64,000 nt of DNA from a virus: the IMG/VR virus record IMGVR_UViG_3300036781_000838, positions 31,135 through 95,134 of that record; one strand, 5' to 3'. The notes under the pieces are model-generated. The model saw only the letters and a list, made by a program, of their open reading frames with translations, did not search any database and was not told where the DNA came from. The position numbers and the translations under genes were made by a program. Shown here piece after piece: positions 1 to 8,559 of the stretch; position 1 is the first letter of the stretch; every line of letters begins with the position of its first letter.

Positions 1-44
1 AAAATATCCCCCTGCAAACGCCCTCATATGAAAGGAGTGACGCC

Positions 45-3000
45 ATGTACGAGGTAAGTAACTATTTACTTCGGGTAGGCGTTTACACCAAACCGGAATT
101 TAATTACCAGCCCCTGGCTAATCTCATAACTCCCAAGTGGGTAGCCCTGGAAGTGCCGGCTGACTATTATATTAAGGGCGGCAATATCACTTCATATCTA
201 AGAGATGAACAATATGTCTTTTTTATCCGGTGGATCTATAACACCGGGCAGAAATCTGCTTCCTATGCCATTGCCGGCCGACAGGCTAATTCAAACGATC
301 GTACCCTGGTCTCCGGAGCTGATGTCTATGAGACTTCAGTAGGAGTGGCCGTCCCTCCCCAAAAATGGCAGGTAGACAATACCGCTACTATCACCTCATC
401 TCAAGGATATGCAATTCCAGAAGGCGCTGTCATAGCAGAAGGAGAAATGGGGTATTTTGAATCTACCGAACGTTACCCCGATGATCAGTCGGTCGTATGG
501 GCCGACCTATGCGGGAAGAACATTCGATTTTGCAAATTTCCCGATAATTCGCTCATTCACCTGTCTGGCCGGTTGGGGGCTACCATTCGAATTCTGGGGG
601 TAAAGTTTGAAAATATCGCACATCCCCTTGATTTTGAAGGTAACATATTGACCGACATCATCGGATACGAAATACTCCGCGGTTCGAGAGAAGGTAACAA
701 GTCTATTATCGCCAAGGGGCTTATTAATAATGTGGCAGAGTATACGATTCCAAACAGCGTTAGCACCCGTAAAGGATTATATCCGAACTATCCCTACAAT
801 GACTTAAGGACCGATCCTTTCCTGTCTGCTCAGCGGGTGAAAGGTGGATGTAATGATACTGGATACCAGGCTATGGGGACCTATCATCAGGACATATTTA
901 CATTTCACTCCCCCGAAACCCAATTCAGGAATCCATTTCTGTCTGCCCAGGAATTGCGGGTAGAGTCTGAAGAATTTGGATCAGTAACCGGAAATTTTGA
1001 ACCGGTATTCAAACACCCAAAGCACAAGTTAATCCGTGATTTTGCGCTGTATACGTCGGGTATAGTAGGTGTTGGTGCAGGATTACTAGCTATCCAGGGA
1101 AAAAAGACCACCACGCTGAAAGGGGGAAGCGCATTTAATGCAGGAATAACAGGAGCGGGTACTACCGTAATGACAAGCACCGGCAACCTGACTGCCCCGC
1201 TTTCAGATCTCACTTTAGCTGCTCCCATCGGAGGAGGTATTGGCTCCTCCACCGCCATTGCTGTAGAAGGAGGAGTAATGTCTTCCAATCCAGTTCTGGC
1301 GGCTGCTGGTGGCACCTTCCTTTTTACCTACTTTTTAGGCAAAGGAACAGAGGAAGCCGTTCGTATCATTAAGGGATTATTGCCCTATAATCAGTTCGCT
1401 TACCAATACAATTCTCATGGGTTTTATAGTGACTTTATACCGTCCAAAGAAGGCAATAAGCGTAGGCTGATAACGGAATCTAATTACCTCGAACCCTACC
1501 TGCAGGAGTTCACCGCTGACTACCGGGTTAATAACTTGTTCAGGCCGGCGACACTTATCTTGCAAGTGAACAAAAATATTGCCAATCCCAGTACACAGGA
1601 TACTACCCGCACAACCATTGGTAACCTGGGGCTATGGGGCAATCCCACGCAACAGTTTACCACCACGACCTCAGCCTACTATGCCGCCCTTAAAAATAAT
1701 ATTGAAAACCAATATGGGCAATTAGATTCGGTTATCCAGATTCCTATCAGCCAGGGGGTATTAGCCACTACCCCGGAAAAAAAGATCCGGTTCATGTCGC
1801 CTGTTTTATTTGGGGGCGACCAGTATATTAACCGGTACACCGAGAAAAGCATTATGTTTTTCTTTAACGACTGGATGTTTGACCAGCCGGACGGATATGA
1901 ATTTGATTATAACCTGGCCTATAACTTACCCTATGCCCGGTATTGGGTAAACACCCAGGACTTTGATATCAGCCAGTTGATGCAGCCGTTTTTAAAAACT
2001 GCTGCCGGTATTGCCATTGGGGGAGTGATAGGATCAGAGATAGGATCGCTACTCGGTAGTGCCACTTTAGGAGAGCAAATCGGGGAGATCGCGGGAGGAG
2101 CCGCAGGTGTGGCGCTGTCCATGAATGATTTTAGCAATGCGGTCTTGCCAAATGATTACGCCCATCTGGACCGAAATAGTTCAGATTGTAATACAAAAAT
2201 ATCCTTTGGGATTTATAATGCTTATTTCTACCTGTTTTGTAATGGGGTAAGAGACTTTTTTGTTGAGTCAGAGCTTAATATTGCCCAACGGGACTACGAT
2301 CAAAGTACCGCCTCCCGGCACTATGACTATAAACAGTATACCGATCTTGACGCCCTATTCAAGTCGGACATCATCAAGGCCGGCAATAACTACAAATACG
2401 ATTATTCCCTGTCTGTTTCGAGGTTGTTGCACAATTATATATCCTGGGGTGCGGTTCTGCCAAGAGACTACGATCCAACGATTGCCGAACAATGCTATAG
2501 CTATTTTCCCAATAGGATTATATATAGTTTACCCCAGCAGGAAGAACTTAAAAAAGACAACTGGACAGCATTCCTTACTAACAACTATAAAGATTTTCAA
2601 CGCAAGATCACGGCCATAAAAAATGTCAATAAAACGGGGGCAATTATCTACTTCAGCAATGATAGCCCATTGTTATTTCAAGGGGTTGATTCCTTGCAGA
2701 CAGATGGAGGAATAAAAATTACTATCGGGGATGGAGGGCTATTCAACCAGGCGTTTCAGAGTACGACCAATTCCGATGTAGAATATGAATACGGGGCCTG
2801 CCAGAACCGGGGTTCCATTATCGGTACCCCGCAAGGAGTTTTCTCCGTTGGCGCAAACCAGGGAAAGATATTCCAATATGGTAATGGGCTTGAGGAGATA
2901 TCCCGGGATGGTAATAAGTGGTGGTTTGCACAATATTTACCACTGAAGTTATTACAGGATTACCCGGATTTTGATTATCCGGATAACCCGGTTATCGGGA

Positions 3001-3881
3001 TAGGTGTTGTTTCCGGCTATGACAACACGAATGAGATGATCTACATTAGCAAAAGGGATTACCAGGTTAAGCCCACTTATCAAAACAAGCTGACCTATCA
3101 GTCAGGGCTTACATTTATTTTAGATGGGAATATACCCGTGCAATTGGGAGATCCTTTTTATTTCGATGACGCTTCTTTTACGATATCATACGATCCAAAA
3201 ATAAAGGGTTTTGTCAGTTTCCATGACTGGATACCTGAAGCAATGCTGCCTTCCCGGAACCATTTGCTAACTATTAAAGAAGGTGGGATCTGGAAGCATA
3301 ATTCAAGATGTGACCTTTTCTGTAACTATTATGGAATTGCTTATCCTTTTGAAATTGAATATCCGGTGACTGTCAGCCAGGAGGTAACGACGCTGAGAAC
3401 AATTGAATACCAATTGGAAGCCTATAAATACCTGAATGACTGCAGGGATCAATTTCATATCCTGGATGAGAATTTCGACCGGGCTGTTGTCTACAACTCA
3501 GAGCAATGCTCCGGGCTATTGCGGTTGAATATAAAACCGAAGAATAACCCGTATACGCTGAACCAATATCCGTCAGTTGGTCTAAATGGTATAGACATAC
3601 TCTTCTCCAAGGAAGAAAATAAATACAGGTTCAACCAGTTTTGGGATGCAGTGTCAGATCGCGGGGAATTCACGGGTAAGCAATACAATATCTGGACGGT
3701 TAGCCCGAATGGATATACTAAAGAACTCAATACACTGGCCATAAAATACTCGAAGAGCGCCCTGCAGCATAAGAAATTCCGGCATTTTACCCAAAGGCTG
3801 TTACTGCGTAAAACAGTATCGAACGATGTTAAGTACCTATTGAAACTTACCAACCAAAAACAACAAAGATCCTTACGCTAA
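45..3881 (+). CDS. Tail stabilisation / muzzle-like protein, 5'-truncated by the window edge
   Basis: Frame is open from the window start; aromatic, beta-rich composition; C-terminal FTISYDPKIKGFVSFHDWIP...IWKHN...NYYG signature typical of P22 gp10-like proteins of crAss-like phages; lies just upstream of the cargo genes. Confidence 0.7.
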   Translation: MYEVSNYLLRVGVYTKPEFNYQPLANLITPKWVALEVPADYYIKGGNITSYLRDEQYVFFIRWIYNTGQKSASYAIAGRQANSNDRTLVSGADVYETSVGVAVPPQKWQVDNTATITSSQGYAIPEGAVIAEGEMGYFESTERYPDDQSVVWADLCGKNIRFCKFPDNSLIHLSGRLGATIRILGVKFENIAHPLDFEGNILTDIIGYEILRGSREGNKSIIAKGLINNVAEYTIPNSVSTRKGLYPNYPYNDLRTDPFLSAQRVKGGCNDTGYQAMGTYHQDIFTFHSPETQFRNPFLSAQELRVESEEFGSVTGNFEPVFKHPKHKLIRDFALYTSGIVGVGAGLLAIQGKKTTTLKGGSAFNAGITGAGTTVMTSTGNLTAPLSDLTLAAPIGGGIGSSTAIAVEGGVMSSNPVLAAAGGTFLFTYFLGKGTEEAVRIIKGLLPYNQFAYQYNSHGFYSDFIPSKEGNKRRLITESNYLEPYLQEFTADYRVNNLFRPATLILQVNKNIANPSTQDTTRTTIGNLGLWGNPTQQFTTTTSAYYAALKNNIENQYGQLDSVIQIPISQGVLATTPEKKIRFMSPVLFGGDQYINRYTEKSIMFFFNDWMFDQPDGYEFDYNLAYNLPYARYWVNTQDFDISQLMQPFLKTAAGIAIGGVIGSEIGSLLGSATLGEQIGEIAGGAAGVALSMNDFSNAVLPNDYAHLDRNSSDCNTKISFGIYNAYFYLFCNGVRDFFVESELNIAQRDYDQSTASRHYDYKQYTDLDALFKSDIIKAGNNYKYDYSLSVSRLLHNYISWGAVLPRDYDPTIAEQCYSYFPNRIIYSLPQQEELKKDNWTAFLTNNYKDFQRKITAIKNVNKTGAIIYFSNDSPLLFQGVDSLQTDGGIKITIGDGGLFNQAFQSTTNSDVEYEYGACQNRGSIIGTPQGVFSVGANQGKIFQYGNGLEEISRDGNKWWFAQYLPLKLLQDYPDFDYPDNPVIGIGVVSGYDNTNEMIYISKRDYQVKPTYQNKLTYQSGLTFILDGNIPVQLGDPFYFDDASFTISYDPKIKGFVSFHDWIPEAMLPSRNHLLTIKEGGIWKHNSRCDLFCNYYGIAYPFEIEYPVTVSQEVTTLRTIEYQLEAYKYLNDCRDQFHILDENFDRAVVYNSEQCSGLLRLNIKPKNNPYTLNQYPSVGLNGIDILFSKEENKYRFNQFWDAVSDRGEFTGKQYNIWTVSPNGYTKELNTLAIKYSKSALQHKKFRHFTQRLLLRKTVSNDVKYLLKLTNQKQQRSLR

Positions 3882-6439
3882 TGAAAAGAAAATTACCAGC
3901 CAGGCAACCGGGGGGTACAGTCACAAATTCTGGCTATTTACCTGATTCTCCCGATAGGTTCAATCCGTACAATATCATCCCTGGTAACGTGATTACCATG
4001 GATAAGGTTCCCCACGATGTATTGGCAATTACAGATAATGGGCAGACCAAACTTATGAAAAAGAACTCCGGACTTCACCGGTTTACCGGCGCGAAATCCG
4101 TAACTGAAGTTCCAATGTATAATATCGGGGGCAAAATTCCATCACAGTTGCCACAGGAGTTAGTGATGTACCAAATGCAGTTGGGTGGACCAGCACCTAA
4201 CGCTTCAGACAGCCTTGCATTATATAACAACTCCCAGGCACTGTTAAATTTTTATACCCAAAGAGGATATGTAAAAGACCATGCTCCAGCAAATTCTACG
4301 CAGGCAAAAGGAGAAATGGATAGAAAATTTGCAAGAGATTCATTTGTGAATATGCCCATGGTGCAAACTGATCAGGGTATGCTGCAAAACCCTGCCATGT
4401 CTCTATATTACCAACCCATAAACCACAATCAGTATAAGCAACGGGAAAATGCAAATGGGATACTTGATACCAGGGCGCCGATGGCCTTATATGATAAACG
4501 CATTGCTCCCACAAAACACTATGCATTTCACAATGAAAACCCTAACGATCCATTAAATGGGGACCAGGTCGAGTTTCAGGGATATGATCCGGAGAAGGTC
4601 AAGCCTGCAAATTTTAAACAAATGCAGCCACAGGGTCCTGGTCCTTTACCATCAAATGCCAATGCCACTCCCGTTCCGGCGCCAGTCCAACAACGGGTAC
4701 CTACTCCGCCCATACACGACACTCTTCCGCAAGGAGAACCAGTATATGGCCCCCAAAACTCAATGATAGGAGTATATGATGGTAAAGGTTTCTTTCCGGT
4801 AAAAGACTATAACACTTATAAGGTAAATCCGCAAGATCAGGACCTGCTTAGTAATTCCGACCAATTGAAGCAATATATGCTGAATAAAACAAAAGGATAT
4901 CCCGTCGAGATGCACCAGGAGGGCGGGTCCTTGCCTTCGGGGTCATCGGTAAAATCTTCCTTTGATAAGGATGGTAATCTGCTGTTTAATCCCCATTTTA
5001 CCCAAGTCACTTACCCGGGAGATACACTTACCAATCATCAAATTCCATTTGCGGCCAAATATATGTATGCCAATGGCACGGGTTCAGGAAATATAACAGC
5101 CAAACGTGTAGCCGGGCCTTATGGAGCGCTTGAGCAGGGATATGAGTACAGTCCGGCTGACAAGGATATGAAAAAAATAAAGGCTTACCAGGATAATATG
5201 AGTGCCATGGAAAAGTTAAAGGCGATCCTGGGATTTTATGGTTCCGATAATATGCCTGGACCGAATGGACAGTTACAACAGGGTGGTGTCATGATGAGGG
5301 ATTATCAAATACCTATGGCCCAAAGCGGCCTGTCCGCTTTCACCTGGGGAAATCTATCCGATGGGCAAACTCCTACCGCTCCAGGGCAAGGACCGGTATT
5401 CCAAGTGGATCAAGCAAATGGTACACCGACTTCTCCTTACAATATTTCGCCTATCGAAAAAGGAAATAAGCCCGGGCAATGGAATATACAGAAACAGACT
5501 TCCTGGGGACCTAACGTTGAAGGCGCTACCGCTTTTGTCGGGGCAATGGGCGCTGTCGCCAATTCTTTAAACAAAAGGACAAACAGCGCTCTTTACAACA
5601 ACCAGGTTAACCGGAGTACTAGCGATGCTCAGTTTCAGACTTTTAATTCAACCCTGAACAGGGGTTTTATCGATAAAAATTCAGGGATGACTGCTCCCAA
5701 TAGGCAAACCCTGACTCAATTCGCCAATTTGCCCTACCAGAGTTTTTATGGGCAGCCTCCCATAGCCCAGACTGGCGCTGAATTACCGCTGATAAATGGT
5801 CCTCAGACACCACTAAATAGCATCAACGCCCAGGTAGATAAGGGAATGCCTGCTTTATCACCGGTTGGATACCCTGCTGACCAGCCAACGCAACCCCCAG
5901 TTCAGGTACCACAGCAACAGAGCGCAGGTCCTGATGCCTACCAGGCAGTGAAGGATTTTATAAAAAAACAAGAGGGATTTGCTAAAAAGGCTGCCTGGGA
6001 TCATAAGCAGTTCACCAATGGCTACGGAACAGAAGCAAAAGCACCTGATGAGGTCATCTCCCGGGCTGAAGCGGACAAACGCCTGGATAACTACCTTTTA
6101 CCGACCGTACAGAAGATCCAGTCGAAGCTACAAGTTCCGGTGAATACCGGGCAGCTCACAGCTCTTTCCTCCATGGCGTACAATGGTGGCTATGGTGTAG
6201 TTAAAAAGCTCATCAACCAGATAAACAAAGGGGTTGGCGCTGATCAAATTGCCGATACAATAAAAAAGACTGCCATAACCGTTGACAATGGTGCACGGAT
6301 TTTGGATGAACTGGTTTCCCGCCGAAAAAAAGAAGCTGGTCTCTATACAAGGGGTTATAAGGTGGGCGGTCAATACGATTTAAGTCATAGCGAGATTCAA
6401 AATTTGATGAATCAAGGTTATGAACTGGAATTTATGTAA
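3881..6439 (+). CDS. Virion cargo/ejection protein with C-terminal lysozyme (GH24-like) domain
   Basis: Q/P/N/G-rich low-complexity body; C-terminal FIKKQEGF...WDHKQFTNGYGT...AYNGG...LVSRRKKEA lysozyme motifs (about 5940-6350). Confidence 0.72.
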   Translation: MKRKLPARQPGGTVTNSGYLPDSPDRFNPYNIIPGNVITMDKVPHDVLAITDNGQTKLMKKNSGLHRFTGAKSVTEVPMYNIGGKIPSQLPQELVMYQMQLGGPAPNASDSLALYNNSQALLNFYTQRGYVKDHAPANSTQAKGEMDRKFARDSFVNMPMVQTDQGMLQNPAMSLYYQPINHNQYKQRENANGILDTRAPMALYDKRIAPTKHYAFHNENPNDPLNGDQVEFQGYDPEKVKPANFKQMQPQGPGPLPSNANATPVPAPVQQRVPTPPIHDTLPQGEPVYGPQNSMIGVYDGKGFFPVKDYNTYKVNPQDQDLLSNSDQLKQYMLNKTKGYPVEMHQEGGSLPSGSSVKSSFDKDGNLLFNPHFTQVTYPGDTLTNHQIPFAAKYMYANGTGSGNITAKRVAGPYGALEQGYEYSPADKDMKKIKAYQDNMSAMEKLKAILGFYGSDNMPGPNGQLQQGGVMMRDYQIPMAQSGLSAFTWGNLSDGQTPTAPGQGPVFQVDQANGTPTSPYNISPIEKGNKPGQWNIQKQTSWGPNVEGATAFVGAMGAVANSLNKRTNSALYNNQVNRSTSDAQFQTFNSTLNRGFIDKNSGMTAPNRQTLTQFANLPYQSFYGQPPIAQTGAELPLINGPQTPLNSINAQVDKGMPALSPVGYPADQPTQPPVQVPQQQSAGPDAYQAVKDFIKKQEGFAKKAAWDHKQFTNGYGTEAKAPDEVISRAEADKRLDNYLLPTVQKIQSKLQVPVNTGQLTALSSMAYNGGYGVVKKLINQINKGVGADQIADTIKKTAITVDNGARILDELVSRRKKEAGLYTRGYKVGGQYDLSHSEIQNLMNQGYELEFM

Positions 6440-6460
6440 TTTATTAGTAGCACCTATCCT

Positions 6461-8485
6461 ATGAAAATACGTATCAAAACCGGTCCACCGGCACCCATAT
6501 ACCAATCTGGCGGTTCACCATCCACGGGGGATCAGCAAAACCTGGGTCTGTTTACCAATCAGACCGTCCGGATCGATCCCAATGATTATAACCGACCTGC
6601 AGGCATCGATGATGTCAGGACGACCTACCCTGAAGTTCCGGCAGAACAGGCGAATGTGGAGGTAGAAAAAGGCGAAGTGGTGGTGTCCCCGGATCTGGCT
6701 ACCATTTATAAGGCAGGAGGCAAGAAACATTCCGCTGGAGGAACAAAGATCAAGGCTCAAGAGGGAGCTTATATTGTATCGGATTTCATTAAAACCGATC
6801 CCCGGGTGCTGCAAACCCTTGGATTTGACCCCGAAAAGGATGGTAAACAGACCTGGGCCAAATTACTCCAGTCAAAAGTGGACCCGGCTTATTATAACAC
6901 ACTGGCTAGTGTACTTTCTGACAAAGAAAAAGGGAAAGATGTTGATCCTTATCTCTACAATACCGCTAAGGTAAAAATGCCCGGGCTACAAGAAATTGTC
7001 TCCAAAGTGGCACTCGGAAATGAGTTATCCAAAGCGGTGCAGGGTAAGCAGTACAATATTCCCCAGATTGCCGGTCTTGCCATGCAAGGATTGCAATACC
7101 AGGAGCCTAAACCAGGCGATCAACCCCTGACAGAAGCAAAAATGGGAGGTAGTTATCTACCCAAAGCTCAATCGGGGAAATCTGTTTCTTCCGACTTATT
7201 TAACCCTTTTTGGAATTACTACCTCAATGAGCATCCGGAAGCGCAAGTGTCTCCCGATGTACAACGTAACCCTAACCAGGTATTATCATCCCCGCAGCAT
7301 AAAATAACCAGCGGCGTCTATGGGAACAACTGGGATCTGAATGAATTTAAGCAACGACATGATTGGTATTTCAAAGACCATCCTAATTTCAATCCCCAGG
7401 ATCCCCAGCAGGTAAAAGACTTCCAGCAAAAATACAATAGCCGGGCATCGAGTAAATTCGGTCAACCTTATTTCTATGGCAACCAGGATTTCAGGGCTAT
7501 CGATGGCAAACTCGGGAAGTACACCTATAATGCTCCTAATTTATCCGACGATACGGCTGCCGAGATCCCTTCTTCCCCAGGTAAGCAATTGCCCCCAGCC
7601 CCGGTAACGGTACCCAAGGGGCAATTTCCTGTTCCGAATAACCCTGCATTCTCCAATTCATCCCGGGTCCCTGGAATAAATCCGAATGCATTTGATCAAA
7701 TGGCATTATTAAATGCCATGGCTTCACCGGTGAATACCTATTATCCCTGGGCTGCCAAACCACAAGCGGCATATATCAACCCCCAGTTTGATGAGCCGAA
7801 TTATTATCCGATACAGTCAGCCCAGCGGCAACGCATGGATATGCTTAACCAGGTGAGTAACCCCACTACTGCCCGGGCAGTCGGCTCGTATCAACCTGAT
7901 CAGATCTCCGGTATTATCCAGGAAACACAGCGGGCGCGGGGTAATAATATGCAAGCTGCCACAAACGCCCAGACCTTCAATGCCCAGACCTACGACACAC
8001 TCTCCGGGCAGAATGCCCAGATTGATACTGGATTATATGATAAAACGGTCATGAGCAAGGAGCAGCGGGATATAGCTGAAAAGCTAAAAATGCAGGATGT
8101 TCAGGGAGCTGCTCATAATATGGTCAATAATATGACCGAAATGCAATACCGGATGGCCATGAATCCTCAATTCAGTGTTTCCGGTCCTTTCTGGAATCAT
8201 ATCGGTTTTAACGGAAACGGAAAAGGCTTGGACAGTCCCGGAAGCGCAAGCTATGGCAACCAATCAATGACCCGTGAACAATTCCTGGCGCAATACCCGG
8301 GCTATGCTAGTTTGGCCACCGACCCACAACAAGCATATAAAATAGATGAAGCAATGCGCCAGGAGCGTGACCGGCAAGAAGGTTTGCTGTTCAAGAACAG
8401 CAGAAACTTTTCTTCAAATATGTACAATCCATATCTCGCACAAATGACGGGGATGGGTATGGGCTATCCGCAAGCCGGTTATTAA
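6461..8485 (+). CDS. Putative virion cargo protein
   Basis: ANVEVEKGE...GGKKHSAGGT N-terminal module; Q/N-rich C-terminus; position in the ejection cluster. Confidence 0.6.
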   Translation: MKIRIKTGPPAPIYQSGGSPSTGDQQNLGLFTNQTVRIDPNDYNRPAGIDDVRTTYPEVPAEQANVEVEKGEVVVSPDLATIYKAGGKKHSAGGTKIKAQEGAYIVSDFIKTDPRVLQTLGFDPEKDGKQTWAKLLQSKVDPAYYNTLASVLSDKEKGKDVDPYLYNTAKVKMPGLQEIVSKVALGNELSKAVQGKQYNIPQIAGLAMQGLQYQEPKPGDQPLTEAKMGGSYLPKAQSGKSVSSDLFNPFWNYYLNEHPEAQVSPDVQRNPNQVLSSPQHKITSGVYGNNWDLNEFKQRHDWYFKDHPNFNPQDPQQVKDFQQKYNSRASSKFGQPYFYGNQDFRAIDGKLGKYTYNAPNLSDDTAAEIPSSPGKQLPPAPVTVPKGQFPVPNNPAFSNSSRVPGINPNAFDQMALLNAMASPVNTYYPWAAKPQAAYINPQFDEPNYYPIQSAQRQRMDMLNQVSNPTTARAVGSYQPDQISGIIQETQRARGNNMQAATNAQTFNAQTYDTLSGQNAQIDTGLYDKTVMSKEQRDIAEKLKMQDVQGAAHNMVNNMTEMQYRMAMNPQFSVSGPFWNHIGFNGNGKGLDSPGSASYGNQSMTREQFLAQYPGYASLATDPQQAYKIDEAMRQERDRQEGLLFKNSRNFSSNMYNPYLAQMTGMGMGYPQAGY

Positions 8486-8559
8486 ACCTTTAAAGTTTAC
8501 GTCGCGCCGGTTAAACTTCCTGAATTTTTTGGGTATATTCTTTATGTAAACACTTCCAG

